A stretch of 63,468 nt of DNA, filler included, from Reticulomyxa filosa (taxonomy: Eukaryota; Protista; Foraminifera), in the NCBI GenBank assembly GCA_000512085.1. It is 11 parts of 11 records of this genome, joined end to end, with 100 filler letters (N's around TTAATTAATTAA, not from the genome) between each part and the next. Parts side by side here need not be neighbours in the genome. Positions count along the whole stretch, not along the records: positions 38,943 to 46,741 come from ASPP01019264.1; positions 46,842 to 62,368 come from ASPP01004662.1; 9 more parts are not named here. One strand, given 5' to 3'. Position numbers and translations under genes: made by a program. How positions within the stretch are numbered: position 1 is the first letter of the stretch; every line of letters begins with the position of its first letter. This document shows positions 39,481-53,627 of this stretch, one piece after another. The notes under the pieces are model-generated. The model was not told where the DNA came from. It did no database searches and worked only from the letters and a program-made list of their open reading frames with translations.

Positions 39481-41374
39481 TTAGACCATTTCTACTAATA
39501 ATTGTTCATACCCTTTTGTTGAAGCAAATCTTGTAAATGCACCATTCATCAAAAAATACATTTCACGGACACTATCACGATACAGCTCATAAAAAAATCG
39601 TATATCCGCTGCCGTTAACGTGTCTCTACGACGACCATCATGACCAAAAGTATGAAGAACACGATTGCGATCCATTTCGCTAATGTTTACTTGGCACGAA
39701 GAAGTATCTTCAAAATACTTGACTGACAATCCATATGCAATATCATACAATTGCGCAATGGTTACGGACGTAATTTGACTTTGACGTTCAACAGACAACA
39801 CGTTGCAAATAACATCCGACAATGGGATTATTTCGAGTCCATTTTCTTCACACGTTACTAGTCTTCCATCCCATTCTCCCGTGTTAATATCTTGCAATTC
39901 TTTTTTACAATCATCTTCGCAATATTTAAATAACTGTAGATATTGAATTAATTCCGTGTAACATAGCAAATTCTCTGATGATATTTCACTACACAAAACA
40001 CAAACAGATGCTTTTTTTTTTTCTAATGTGCCAAAGGAGCACGCAATTTTCTTTTCTTTCCTCAAAAAAATTAGTGTACGTAGTGGATCATAAAGTAGAA
40101 ACCCAAATATGAGCGCAAAATAAAAAATAAAGGGCAGAAAAAAACCTGATCAAATGTCCCATGAAAACACCATATCCTTTCGGATGTCGTAAAATATCAA
40201 ATAGGGTTGTTGAATCCGTATTGTCTGTAATAGAAATAATCTTACTTTTATTTGAGCCATTTTTTTTCGCGGTTGCTGAAATTGCCGATGCTATTTGACT
40301 TTCATTGGACCACTTCAAGCGTTTTGTGGAGCGCTGCGCATCCCATAATAGCTGGGGCGACTCTTGGATTATCTTACTCAAAAATACCTCACTCACCATG
40401 CAAATTCCAAATCTAGCAAGAGCAATCGAAAACCATCGTAGCGCACCATCCCAATGACTATTGTGCATACCATAATTTGCGGCGATCGTCACAAAATAAA
40501 TCGAAACTAGAATAGCATACGCTTTTATTGCTATCAAAAACTCGTCTATGTTATGTATACGTAACGTGACACAGAACCTGACAAAAAGTATTTTTTTTTT
40601 TTTTTACGTCTTTTCACCGTGTGCCCACTTTCCCTCCCCAAAAAAGTTATTTTGCTTGCTTGTATTTATTTGCGTGTTTTTTTTTTTTAAGGGACCTTTA
40701 ACAAACAAGGAATCTTGAAAGCGAGGCAAGAGGAAGTAAATAGTGCAAAATATGCACAGGATCGCTCCATAATGAAGCATTTGAAACGCAATAAGCAAAT
40801 TATTGAAAAACTCGTCTGTATCTGATTGGCCGTATTCTTCAAATATTTGACCTATTACAATAGAAACACTAATCGTTGACACCACTACGCATACCATCGC
40901 CACAAATCGTTTCATCCACGAATAATTGCCAAATGTAGATCTGTGTCGGTAGTACCACATTTTTTCTATGTTGGCTTTTTCTAGGTAATTCTTATTGATT
41001 CCTGATTTCCATTGGTTGTTCATCTGGAACAAAGCAAAATTCAAGTCGAAACATATCATCCAATTTCTCATCATCAGCCCATATATGAAAACATTGGTCA
41101 GTATATCATGCAAAGGAGAGGATGCTAGTTCGATGATGAGCGCTCGATCTATTGGCATTGAAACTGTTTCTGAAAAATAATAAACTGGACATGCTACCAC
41201 CAAATCAAGCAGTAATATGACACAAACTTTTTCCAGCAATGGATAGTATCTCTTTTTCATAAAGGTAGTCTTTTGAAAACGCCTAAATCGGGACACACGG
41301 AAGTACGTTACAGGAAAGAAAACAAATACAACAACAAATGTCCATATTATGTAAAAAATCGTCGCCGAATACAT
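39481..41374 (-). CDS. 7TM-RGS protein (transmembrane domain plus regulator of G-protein signalling box); 3 exons
   Basis: About 7 hydrophobic helices, then LFDILRHPKGYGVFMGHLI/SEISSENLLCYTEL...KYFEDTSSCQVNIS...EMYFLMNGAFTRF, the RGS consensus (E-x-S-x-EN-L, VNI, M...F-x-RF). Confidence 0.85.
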
Positions 41375-42558
41375 GGTTTAAATACTTTGTACTTATAGGA
41401 TTAAAAGGCCAAGAAATTATATTTTTAGTTTTGCGACACAAGAGTTTTTACTTGTACTTTTCGCTCACAGTATTTGAAATTAATACTCAGTGCACACGAA
41501 AAAAATCACATAATAAAACTAATAAAAAATAATGCCAAAAAATTTGTTTGTAATAATAAACAATCAGTATAATATTCTCACGGTTTCTTAGAAACAAAAT
41601 AAACATACAACAGTATGATGTCCCTAAGTCTGTTATGCTACTTTATAAAAATAATCGATTTTCTCCATCAAAAACAAATACTTCATCCTAATTTTTTAAA
41701 ATTGTTTTTAGTTTTATTTTCGTCTTTTTTTATTTTTCCATTGTTTAATCTCAGCATTCAATTGAGTTAAAAGAAAAGTGAAAGTTGCATACACAACATT
41801 ATGATAAACCTAACAACAATACTCCAAAAAATTTGAAAAAATATCCCTTAAAATAGCATAAATTTTACAAATTAAACAGCAAGAAAAAAAGTTTGAAAGA
41901 TATTAGATCACGTTTTATGTATTGCAAAAAAACTAATGAAATTTTTTATTATGTTAAATTTTTTTAAATTTAAAAAATATACAGTTGCGACAAAAAAAAA
42001 TTAGCAAAAACTAAAATATGAACTTTTTGTGTTTCTAACAAAAATTTTAGTAGCAAATTGTTATGATTTTTTCTGGTTTACTGGATATACGTTTATAATT
42101 TTATAAGTAGTTTGTAAAAACAATAAATAAAAATTTAGAAAATTTGTTGGAAGAAAAAAATTTTCAAAAATGATTAGAAGGGTGTAGTTTTCATGTTGGA
42201 CTTGCTTTAGTTGCGGTCACAATTTTCAATCTAATTTTTCTTTTTCAACATTCCAACAAGTTGTTTGTTTTTATTGTTATTCTTTGGCTTCTAGTCATGA
42301 TTTACAAGCTATCTGGAATACAATTTTGGCTACTTGAGCAAATCAGTTTTTGAAAAATTTTATCAAGAGCAAGATATTCCACAATTGTAAGTAATTTTTG
42401 GTTAATTTTTTTACAATATACTGAAAAAATACGAGCTGAATAATCAAACGTTAAAAAGCGGTAGGTGATCCACGTTAACTAAAGTTTTTTTTTTTGTAAA
42501 CGGTTCAAAATTGTTGAGAATTTGGTTGACTTTTTCTCAACCCTCTGATTATATATCC

Positions 42559-45500
42559 ATGTGGAGGACGAATTTTTTGTCATTCCAAAGAAGATGCCTG
42601 TTGCAAAGGGGTTTTTCAACCGCAGGTAAAGGACTCCCGTTGAACAACGTGACGATAGGTGTGCCGCGCGAAACGTATGAGGGCGAGAAAAGGGTCGCTC
42701 AAGTTCCATCGACAGTGGAGAAGTTGAAAAAGCAAGGATATAAAGTGAAGGTCGAACAAGACGCAGGGAAGTACGCATTGTACTCAGATAGTGAATACGC
42801 AGCAAGCGGAGCAGAGATTGTGGCGAACAAAGAGGCATTATTTGCAGGGAGTGATGTGATAGTAAAAGTGCAGCCCCCTGACAAGACAGAAATTGGACTT
42901 TTGTCAGAGAAGCACACATTGGTATCATTTGTATGGCCCGGGCGAAATTCTGATTTAGTGTCGCAGCTGCGCAACACGAAAAGCACAGTATTTGGCCTCG
43001 ATTGCGTGCCCCGTATTTCGCGAGCGCAAAGCATGGACACTCTGAGCTCAATGGCCAACCTTGCCGGGTACAAAGCAGTGATCGAAAGCGCGCACGAGTT
43101 TGGGCGCTTTTTCCCCGGCCAAATCACAGCAGCAGGCAAAATCCCACCCGCCAAAGTGCTCGTGATCGGAGGAGGAGTGGCCGGACTGGCCGCCATTGGT
43201 ACTGCGCACAGCATGGGCGCCATGGTAAGGGCCTTTGACGTACGACCTGCGGTGAAAGAGCAAATCGAATCGCTGGGAGCGCAGTTTTTGACGGTGGAAC
43301 TGGCGGAGAGTGGCGAAGGCTCCGGGGGCTATGCCAAGGAAATGAGCAAAGAATTTATCGCCGCAGAACACGCGCTGTTTCGCAACCAGTGCAAAGACGT
43401 GGATGTGATCATATGCACGGCTATGATTCCAGGCAAGTCTGCGCCAAAGTTGATCTTGCAAGATATGGTGAAATTATTGAAACCGGGATCTGTCATTGTT
43501 GACTTGGCGGCCGAAACGGGAGGAAATTGCGAATTGACGCAGCCTGGAAAACGCATTGTGACTGACAATGGTGTGGTTATTCTTGGATACACGGATATGC
43601 CGAGTCGTCTGCCCACCCAGGCAAGCAACTTGTTCGCCAATAACATGGTCAAGTTTTTGGGAGAGATTGGACAAAAGGAAAAGGGATGGCATATCGATTA
43701 TAACAATGACGTGATCAAAGGGTCGATGATTACTCAAAAAGGAGAATTGAAATGGCCCCCACCAGGACCCATTGGCCCACCACCCGCACAACCCAAAAAA
43801 CCTGCTCAGACCGCTGAAAAGGCAACGGAAAAAAAGGTGAATCTGTTTCGAGAACAGCTGAAAAACTCATTGGTCACGTCGGCCTTGTGCGCGTCTTTGC
43901 TGGGCTTTGGGTACATATCGCCTGATCCCAGTTTCACGTCCACTTTGACCACGTTTGGCTTGGCTGGCGTGGTTGGGTACAATGTCGTGTGGGGAGTCAC
44001 TCCGGCGTTGCACTCGCCTCTGATGTCAGTCACAAACGCCATATCCGGGCTGACGGCTGTCGGAGGGTTGATTCTGATGGGCAAAGGAGAGACATATGGA
44101 GCACAAGTCTTGGGAGGGCTGTCCTTGGGGATATCTTGTATAAATATTGGAGGTGGATTTTTGATCACTCAACGAATGTTGGATATGTTCAAACGCCCAA
44201 CCGATCCAGCTGAACACACTTACTTGTATCTGTTGCCCGCAAGCGTATTTTTGACAGGTTATACCATGGCACGACTCAAAGGTATCACCGAGGTCATTCA
44301 AATGGGCTATTTGGCGGGAGCTTTGGGATGCATTGGAGGCATTGCTGGTCTCTCCAAACAGTCGACGGCAAGAGTAGGAAATGCCTTGGGTATGTTGGGA
44401 GTTGGAACGGGTTTGTGCGCGACAGTAGGAAGTCTTCCATTGACTGCATCCTACAGTCTTCCTATCTCGATGGCCACCTTGGCCGGTGCCGGCGCAGGGA
44501 CAGGCATGTACTTTGCGAAAAAAGTAGAAGTGACTGAATTGCCCGAAATGGTGGCTGCTTTCCATTCCTTAGTTGGGTTGGCTGCAGTAGCTACTTCCGT
44601 TGGTAGTCATTTGAATGAAGTTTCACACTTTGCTACGGACCCAATGGCAGGAGTTCACATGGGCGCCATTTATGCAGGTACTTTGGTTGGTGCCATCACG
44701 TTCACTGGTTCCATTGCCGCATTTTTAAAACTGAGAAACTTGATATCTTCGCAACCACTGTCATTGCCAGGCAAAAATGCCATCAACGTATCGTTATTGG
44801 CAGCCTCTCTTGGCTGTGGTTACATTTACATGCATGGAAGCGCAATGGTTCCAATGTTAGTTGCGACGTCTTTATTGAGTGGAGCCTTGGGTGCTCATAC
44901 AACCGCTTCCATTGGTGGTGCAGATATGCCAGTCGTCATTACAGTGTTGAATAGTTACAGTGGATGGGCTTTGTGTGCTGAAGGATTTATTTTGAACAAT
45001 GACTTATTGACTGTTGTCGGATCATTGGTCGGCAGCTCAGGAGCAATTCTGTCTTATATCATGTGCCGTGCCATGAACCGAGATTTGACCAATGTCTTAT
45101 TTGGTGGTTGGAATACTGCTGCACCTACTGCGTCAGCAGCCTCCACTGAACACAAAACTGCCACCGAAATCAATGTACCGAATGCTGCACAAGAGTTGTT
45201 TGAGGCCAAATCAGTCATCATTGTTCCTGGATATGGTATGGCCGTGGCCAAAGCCCAATATCCAATTAAAGAAATTGTCGATTTATTGACAAAACGAGGT
45301 GCAAAAGTTCGATTTGGAATCCACCCTGTTGCAGGAAGAATGCCAGGACAAATGAACGTGCTGTTGGCTGAAGCTGGTGTTCCTTATGATATTGTGTTGG
45401 AAATGGAAGAAATCAATGAGGACTTTGATCACACAGATGTTGCATTGGTGTTAGGTGCCAACGATACAGTTAACAGTGCAGCAGAAGATGATCCAAATTC

Positions 45501-45699
45501 ACCAATGGCTGGTATGCCAGTATTGAGAGTTTGGAAAGCTAAGCACTGCATTGTCATGAAACGAAGTCTTGGTGTTGGATACGCTGCGGTTGACAATCCA
45601 GTGTTTTACAATCCTAACACAAGCATGTTATTGGGTGATGCCAAAAAGACAACAGATGCATTAGCGTCTGCTTTGAGACAATTGGCCGAAGGAAATTAA
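42559..45699 (+). CDS. NNT: Mitochondrial proton-translocating NAD(P) transhydrogenase, single chain dI-dII-dIII, intronless
   Basis: Arg-rich targeting peptide ([12 protein letters not shown]), [93 protein letters not shown]. Confidence 0.98.
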   Translation: MWRTNFLSFQRRCLLQRGFSTAGKGLPLNNVTIGVPRETYEGEKRVAQVPSTVEKLKKQGYKVKVEQDAGKYALYSDSEYAASGAEIVANKEALFAGSDVIVKVQPPDKTEIGLLSEKHTLVSFVWPGRNSDLVSQLRNTKSTVFGLDCVPRISRAQSMDTLSSMANLAGYKAVIESAHEFGRFFPGQITAAGKIPPAKVLVIGGGVAGLAAIGTAHSMGAMVRAFDVRPAVKEQIESLGAQFLTVELAESGEGSGGYAKEMSKEFIAAEHALFRNQCKDVDVIICTAMIPGKSAPKLILQDMVKLLKPGSVIVDLAAETGGNCELTQPGKRIVTDNGVVILGYTDMPSRLPTQASNLFANNMVKFLGEIGQKEKGWHIDYNNDVIKGSMITQKGELKWPPPGPIGPPPAQPKKPAQTAEKATEKKVNLFREQLKNSLVTSALCASLLGFGYISPDPSFTSTLTTFGLAGVVGYNVVWGVTPALHSPLMSVTNAISGLTAVGGLILMGKGETYGAQVLGGLSLGISCINIGGGFLITQRMLDMFKRPTDPAEHTYLYLLPASVFLTGYTMARLKGITEVIQMGYLAGALGCIGGIAGLSKQSTARVGNALGMLGVGTGLCATVGSLPLTASYSLPISMATLAGAGAGTGMYFAKKVEVTELPEMVAAFHSLVGLAAVATSVGSHLNEVSHFATDPMAGVHMGAIYAGTLVGAITFTGSIAAFLKLRNLISSQPLSLPGKNAINVSLLAASLGCGYIYMHGSAMVPMLVATSLLSGALGAHTTASIGGADMPVVITVLNSYSGWALCAEGFILNNDLLTVVGSLVGSSGAILSYIMCRAMNRDLTNVLFGGWNTAAPTASAASTEHKTATEINVPNAAQELFEAKSVIIVPGYGMAVAKAQYPIKEIVDLLTKRGAKVRFGIHPVAGRMPGQMNVLLAEAGVPYDIVLEMEEINEDFDHTDVALVLGANDTVNSAAEDDPNSPMAGMPVLRVWKAKHCIVMKRSLGVGYAAVDNPVFYNPNTSMLLGDAKKTTDALASALRQLAEGN

Positions 45700-46923
45700 A
45701 ATCATTTTGGCTTACATTTTTTTTGTCAATAAAAACTTTGTGTGGCTAAATTGCTGCGCTTTTTGTTGTTACCACTGTGTATTTTGTTTCTTGACAAGAT
45801 CATCTAATTTCTCTGAAAAAGTCTGCCATGCTTTATTGATGTTATTCATGGCCATTTTGATTATTTCAATGCAATGCTAAAAATATCACAACTTTAAATT
45901 AGAATTTTTCAAATTTTAAAACAAACTGAGCAAAAGGTATTTTATTTTTCATCGTGCTTCTTGAACGAAGGAACCTTGGAAAATATAACTAATGGAAACC
46001 ATTGATATTTTGTTCGTTTTCAAGCACTATTAAAAGAATAAATTTTTAAATATTATGTTGTGACGAAACTTTTTTAAGAATAAAATATTTGTAAATGTTT
46101 GAAATTAAATATTTTTTGGATGCTTTGTTCTGCTTGTAGTTAAGTCCTTGAAATTGACATCAATCAAAACAAAAGTCATGGAAACATATTTTTGCATTTT
46201 GATGTGTTTATCAATATATTGATGTTAATTGAGAATTACTTGCTATATTGAATAATTTTCATTTTCAGGCTTTCCAGATTGATAGTTTGAGTTAGACAAC
46301 GCAGAGATAACAATAGAAGTAATGTTTAAAAAAAAATCAAAGTTCACAATCACATCATTAAGACCAAATTCAAACTGTAGTCGATTGAGATTTTGATATA
46401 AATATTGAGATATCATTGATCCCACTTCTATGGACATGCTGAACATGTACGCAATCTCGACATGGTGGATCCAAAATAAAACTGTCGAAGTGCAATCTAG
46501 CAAAATATGCAGCAGTCCGAAATAAAAAAGAAAGAAATCCTTATTGTTTCTCAACAGGCCAGTAACCAAGAGCACAATATTCTTACACATATTGTATTAT
46601 CTTTTTTTGTTTAATTTAAATTAATTTTTTATTTTCGAATTCTTTTAAAGCTTTAATGGTTAAGAAATGCAAAGAAATTTAAAGGTATATCAAATCAAGA
46701 TAAATATATGAATATAGTATATTGCAAAAAAACTAACTACANNNNNNNNNNNNNNNNNNNNNNNNNNNNNNNNNNNNNNNNNNNNTTAATTAATTAANNN
46801 NNNNNNNNNNNNNNNNNNNNNNNNNNNNNNNNNNNNNNNNNAAAAAAAAAAAAAAAGACAAACAAACAGACAGACAGACAGACAAACTAAAGTAATACAC
46901 TTTGACTTGTTTCAATTTTCATA

Positions 46924-49543
46924 GAAACATAAAGTCGATGCACCAGGTCGTACGCATCCCTCGACGCATGCTATTACCGAGGCCAAGAGAGACGAAACGA
47001 CAGCTCCACGGACGTGGACGACGAAGAGACCCGAGTACCGTGACTTGGTTGCATCCCAAGTGCATGGGTTGTTACGCCCTTGTCACGCGCAGTTGGCAGA
47101 GCGCTTGTACTCGTTGTCCATCAACGGTGCTGACCTCCTCACTTTGAATTACAAACGCATTTTGGCGCTCACTGCTATTGCCACCAAAGACTTTGGTGAA
47201 CACGACTGGACAAGGATCGTGGAGCAACTCCAGTTGCCCCTCGTCACAATCACGGTAAAAAAAAAAAAAGTGTTTCTCTTCTTCAGTAGCATCACTTTCA
47301 ACAACAATAATAATAATAATATGTAATAATAATATGTAATGTTTATATTTGTGTGAACGAAACACACAGGACGAGGAGTTCAATACCAAACAAAAAGAAC
47401 AATGGAGTCCTAGCCACGTCTCTGCCGAACAAATGCAAAGACTAGAACAGAAGCAAACACGTGTCATCCAATCATTGGAAAAACTCTCCAATCAAGTGCA
47501 TCAAATTGCTTCTGACAAACACACATTTGAACAGTCGCAACGAGGACACACAGAAACAATCGCAACAACACAGAGCGTTGTGGATGCCGCGAAACTGGCA
47601 CACACGCAAGTGCAACAGCTTCTCGATGTGCGAAGCATGCAAGACACCATTGACAAACAGACACTGTCTCCTCAGATCTATCAGCTCAAACAGCGCCAAT
47701 GCAATGCCATCGATCGCTTGGAAGCTTTGTTGCAAGACAAGGCCATCTTTCCAAATCCACGAAATGCATTTTCCCATTTAATCCAAATTTCTGTCCACTC
47801 GGAGCAAGTCTCCTGGCAACAACTGGTGAGCCACTTCAAAAAAAGGGGGCATTTTAAAAAAATTGTTTATATTATATACATATATGTACATGTTAATGTT
47901 GTTTTTTTTTTTTAAAAAAAAAAAGGAAGACACACAAAACCGCGTTGGAAGCGAATGACGAGGAATCCAAAAGCAATGTCTCGAAAAAACAACAAAAGAA
48001 AGCAGAGCGAAAACAACGCAAAAAGGATGAACACGGACCAACGTCGGCCACAGAGCAAAAGAAAGGACAACCAACCAATGCGATAAATATCGCACAGCTG
48101 ACAAAGAAATACGAATCTCTGGCCACGAATTTGAAAGAACTGTTGCATGAGTTGTCTGCATTCAAAGAGAAAGGCAACGTGTGCAGTCAACCTGCCCAAT
48201 TGGTCGGTCCCAACAAGGGCAATGCATTGTCCAAACACACGAAAGCGTCGGCCGTGGGTACGTCCGAAGAGCTTAAACAACGTCAAAATAACAACTTGCA
48301 ACAACTGTTTCAGTTGGCCGTCGATGTAAAAGCCATTGCAAATGCACGCAACATTAAATTGCCAGAACAACAGTTTGTCGATCAATTACTTTTGGAAAAT
48401 ACCAAAGTTACAATATATACATATATAAATATATATATATATTTATATATGTGTGAAATGAATACAAATACAAATACAAATACAAAAAGGAACTGGAACA
48501 ACAACAAATAACTCTAATTCAAAGATTGGAGCATTTGTTGCAACAAGCTGCGCAATTGACTGGACAACCTGATGAATCGATTCGATCGAAACCGACCACA
48601 CAGCGCCACTCAAGACGCAGAAGTAGCTTGCTTGAGATCCCTGCAGATGTCATGACCGGATTATTGGAAAGTGACGAGGAAATCAAACTTCCCGAATCGA
48701 ATGGCGCAAAAGAGGCGAAGGAAGCACCACTGCCTTCGCAATCGAGACATGAAAAACGCCCCAGCATTGTCATCACCTCTGCCGCAGAGACTGAAAAAGA
48801 AATCCAAGGTTTGAGAAAACGTAAAAAATCATTGCAAATTGGCATTGCCCAATTGCGAAATATCTTGTCTGATTTGGGCGTCGTTGAAAGTGGAGATGGT
48901 GCCTTATTAACCATTGCACTTCAACAATTGAATGTCTTTAATCAAGTTTGCTTAAAAAAAAAAAATATATATATATATATATGTAATACATATAAACATA
49001 TATACATATATATTTATATATGTATATTGATTTTTATGTGCACAGAGCACAGACAAGACTACCTTGCCGCCATACATGGAAAGTGTAGTCGCAAGTGTCA
49101 CCAATCAAAGCGGAGAAATAAACTACAAAAAACTCTGTGAGTATTTAAGTGAACCAACAGCAACACGATCATTGCCAAACCGTTCTCAATGGGACGATTT
49201 TCGCAAATCGCTGGTCGAAGGCATGCACATGTCAAAATGTTTGCGCATTCATTATTTGTGGGATGACTGGAACGAACACAAAACACTTGAGCTTGAACAG
49301 TTTAGTCTCACTGAATTTATGAATGAAAATAGTCAGATTGAATTGTATCGCTTATTGCCACTTATTCGAAAAGAAATTGGAAAAGAATTTTCTTATCAAG
49401 ATCTTCTCGTCAAAATTGGAAGTGCAACTGGAACATGGGAAAAATCTGATGATTTTGTTCCAGTGTCGTTTGCTAAAGATGGATGGGCACAAGTGTTTAT
49501 TTGGTTTAAAAGTCGTGCTTTTCTCGCCAACAAAGCTCAATAA
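46924..49543 (+). CDS. Multi-exon hypothetical protein with a possible SAM-like segment, coiled coils and a degenerate EF-hand; 5' truncated
   Basis: Collinear ORFs 47045, 47349, 47945, 48526 and 49064 separated by TA-rich introns. INGADLLTL is SAM-like; TNQSGEINYKKLC is EF-hand-like. Confidence 0.55.
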
Positions 49544-50105
49544 ATGAAACACCAATATAAAAACAAATAAAGTATGAATTATTGCATACAGCAAATGTCC
49601 TCAGCTATCCTAATAAACACAACCAACAATCAACGACAATAATAATAATAAAAAAGATTACACAAAAATGAATCATTACAAAACATTTGCAATTTTTTAA
49701 AACAATATGCAGGAAAAAAAAAAACAAAATAAATGAGGAAAATTCTTTTTCAAGTTTTCTACAATTTATTATTGACTACTTTTTTGGGTCCGTCAGAATA
49801 ATAAATATATCATTTAACATTTTGAAACTGTAAATTTTTCGTGAATAAAATTGCAAACTCAGAACAAATAATTAACTTTCCTCATCTTTTGGGATTTATA
49901 ACATTGAAACATTTGTTAACTCAATTCTTTGTTTTGGTTTTTTATTATCACACGCGCTACTTTATAACCATTTTCATATCTCCCAATGATAATCTATCAA
50001 AGTAGCAGTTTGTTCTCTCTTCATTAACGGAAAGTTGGTTTTGAGCTAAAAAAGTTCAATTTTTCATCTGCCTGAGACTCCGGAAAAAATACAAAACAAA
50101 TTGGA

Positions 50106-51501
50106 ATGATCACTCTTAATGAAAAAGAAACTTCAATACAATTAGTTTGGTAATATTCATTCCAATATTTAGACTTTATCTCTTTCTCTTTAGTTGTTTT
50201 GACGCATTTCATGTGAATCAGTCAGAAAAAGAAGAAACTCAAATAATAATTCAATATTGGATTCGAATATTAAAGATTAAATTAGGATGGATCCATGAAT
50301 TTGACAAACTTGTTGTCAATTATGTTATGATTTTTTTGTTGTTTGTTTTTCATCTAAGATCAAGGTGTTATATTTATTTATTGTTATAATTAATAATCAC
50401 TATTTAACGCAGGCAACTACAGTATTCATGCTTGACACGTTTCGTTCATCATCTAAATTACTTAAAACATTCTCTGGACACACTGATTGTGTGTATAGTA
50501 TTGATTGCTTCACATTGGATTGTGATCAATTCATTTGTTCTGGATCAGATGATAAAACAGTTCGTGTATGGGATGTTGAGAACAACAAACAAATTCAATC
50601 ATTCAATGGACATTCAAGTTCTGTGTCTTGTGTGAAATTTTCTCCATATCACTGTCGCAATTATCGTCGTAATGTTATTTGTTCTGCATCACATGATAAA
50701 ACCATTCGCTTTTGGGATATCAAAGATAATCAACAATGGAAAATATGTAAAGAGCACACAAAGGGTGTTTGTGGAATTGAATTTTCACAATTTAATCGTG
50801 GTCGATATTTATGTTCTGCATCCGATGACAAAACAATTCGTTTATGGGATATTGAAACATACAAATCATTACATGTTTTCAATGGGCATGAATATGCTGT
50901 TTGGTGTATAGCTTTTTCATCATTGCAAAGCTATAATAATAAAAATAAGAATAATAGTATTGGAGTGATTGGTGGTAATGGATACACAATTTGTTCTGGA
51001 TCAAGTGATAGAACTATTCGTGTATGGGATATTGAAACAACTAAACAATTGATTGTATTCAAAGGACATAGAGATGCAGTAGTGAGTGTAAAGTATGGAT
51101 CAAACGAATTAGGAATTAATGGTGGCACAAATACAATATTATCAGGATCACAAGATAACAATGTTTGTTTGTGGGATATTCGTTCCAAGAAACAAACTCA
51201 AGTATTCAAAGGACATAGAAATGGTATAAATATTGTCGAATACTCATCATTTGTAATGGATAATAACGATATTGGTGATAGTTCCAATATAATATGTTCT
51301 GGATCAAGTGACAATACAATTCGATTTTGGGACATTCGATCAAACAAAGAATTGCATGTAATTAAAGAAAATAATGGAATACATTGTCTTACATTTTTAC
51401 AATTAAAGAAAGAAAAAAAAGGCAAATGTAAAGATGACCGTGATTGTGATATTTCTCTGTGTTATTGTTTGTCCAATGGCACTATTCACACTTGGGGATA
51501 A
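50106..51501 (+). CDS. WD40 repeat protein (7 blades) with conserved N-terminal helical motif; 3 exons
   Basis: MITLNEKETSIQL / SEKEETQIIIQYWIRILKIKLGWIHEFDKLVVNY / ATTVFMLDTFRSSSKLLKTFSGH..., then repeated GH...ICSGSxDxTIRxWD units ending IHTWG*. Confidence 0.93.
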
Positions 51502-51754
51502 TCTAATAAAAAAAATTGTTTACTTGATTTGACACTTTTTAAGTGAGTTCAATGAAGTAAATTTTTTTATTAATGACAAAATAATATATTTCAGGCATTT
51601 CTATTCCTCATTAAACGTTCTGTTTGAAAATATAGACTAGTTTTTAATTTTTTCTGGAGTGCATCCATTTTTAAAAATTATGTGGACCAGCTTTTTCTGC
51701 AATTTACGGACGCCTAAAATACCAGAGGTATTTTATCTTTCCAATTTAAGCAAA

Positions 51755-52160
51755 AGAATGTATCAATTGATGAAATGTGTACATCATTTAATTGTTATAA
51801 AAAATGAAAGCATTCAAAGATCTTCCAAAAATATTTATCATTGATACTTATCGTGGTGAAAATGCTCCAAAATCTTATGAAATTGTAATGTGAGGAGATG
51901 AGATATTATATGGGCATAACGACGATGGATTTTTGATCATTTGGTCAACTACTAAAGGACATCGGGTCGCTGACTTGTCATTATTGAGTGAATCTATGAA
52001 AGATATTGTATCGTCAAAATATAAATGCAGTTGTCCATTCAAGCAAATGTTGCAAGAAATTAGGACAGAAATCCGAAACAAGAAAAATAGTGAATGGTAT
52101 TGCGTGGAAAGTCAAGACACCACGGATTAGAACATCATTTTTCAACAAAAATCTATGTAA
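51755..52160 (+). pseudogene. 5'-truncated caspase-fold (peptidase C14) pseudogene, paralogue of the 56557-57539 domain
   Basis: VSIDEMCTSFNC(fs)MKAFKDLPKIFIIDTYRGENAPKSYEIVM*GDEILYGHNDDGFLIIWSTTKGH...EWYCVESQDTTD*NIIFQQKSM*. Catalytic Cys is replaced by Tyr; two premature stops and one frameshift. Confidence 0.88.
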
Positions 52161-52248
52161 AATTTTAATTTTTGTAATAAGTAAGTAGCATTTTTTTTTT
52201 TGGAATTAAATCACGCAAATCAATTTTTTATTGCTGAAAAAAATAAGG

Positions 52249-53627
52249 CTATCCCCAAATATGAATTGAGCCATCTTTTGAACCATAATACAAATTAATA
52301 TCGCATCCACTATAATTATTACTTTTTCTGTTTTTTATTATTTGTACAAATTTAAGACACATTATTCCATCATTTTCATCGTCTCCGTTGATTATATGTA
52401 ATGCAATCTTATTTGATCGAATATCCCAAAATCGAATTGTATTATCAATTGACCCAGAACATATCACATTTGAATGACCACCAATTTTGATATTACTTAC
52501 TACAAATGGTGAAAATTCAACAGCATTCACGACATTTGTATGTCCATTGAACATTTGAATTTGCTGACCAGATCGAATGTCCCATAAGCGAACACTACTA
52601 TCATTTGATCCAGATAATATTGTATTTATTAATTCATTTGATCCATATTTTACACTTCTAATCCAATCCTCATGTCCACGAAATGTAATGAATTGTCTGG
52701 TTGTTTCAATATCCCATACACAAATAGTTTTATCAAATGATCCAGAACAAATTGTATATCCATTTCCACCAATCAAACCAATTTTACTATTTTTATCATA
52801 GTCACTCTTGCTATTGTTATTGCTTTGCAATGGTGAAATATCAACACATCTGACAGTATCTGAGTGTCCACGGAAAATATGTAATGATTTAGATGTCTCA
52901 ACGTCCCATAAATGAGTGGTATTGTCAAATGACCCAGAACACAAATATCTACCACCATTAAATGGTGAAAATTCAATGCTACAAATACCATATTGGTGTC
53001 CATTGAATACTTGCAATTGTTGATTATCTTTGATATCCCAAAAACGAATGGTTTTATCATTTGCTGAAGAACAAACGACAATACGGTGATTGTTATAATG
53101 ATAATATTGTGAAAATTTCGCACAATACACATAGTTGGAATGTCCATTGAACGATTGAATTTGTTTATTGATATCTACATTCCATATACGAACTGTTTTA
53201 TCAGCTGATCCAGAACAAATGAATTGACCACAATCTAATGTGAGGCAATCAATACTATTCAAATAACCATTGTGTCCAGTGAAAGTTTTGAGTAAATTGG
53301 ACGATGAACGGAATACATCAAGCATGAACAATTTAGTTCCCTGGAACATGAATAAAACAACAAATAGATATTTATCATTGAACAAAGCAAAAAATGCATG
53401 AGCTTAACATATTTATCAATAAGTCTATCAAAATCCTGGATCCATCCTAATTTAATTTTTAATATTCTGATCCAATATCTGATAATTACTTTGACTTCTT
53501 CTGTTGACAGATCTGTCTAAAGTCAATCGTCAAGTCTTAAATACTACCTTTCTGAAGGATAGATTGAAATGAAACATACCACTGATTGTTGTGTTGACGA
53601 CGCCTTTTTACTGATAGGATTTCCCAT
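52249..53627 (-). CDS. WD40 repeat protein (7 blades) with a possible N-myristoylation signal; 3 exons
   Basis: MGNPISKKASSTQQSV / TEEVKVIIRYWIRILKIKLGWIQDFDRLIDKY / GTKLFMLDVFRSSS... ending IHIWG*. Confidence 0.93.

Noticed and set aside
42479-45289. Many antisense and alternate-frame ORFs over NNT (and over the bacterial O-methyltransferase)
   Set aside because: Shadow ORFs expected in GC-richer coding DNA; no recognisable motifs.
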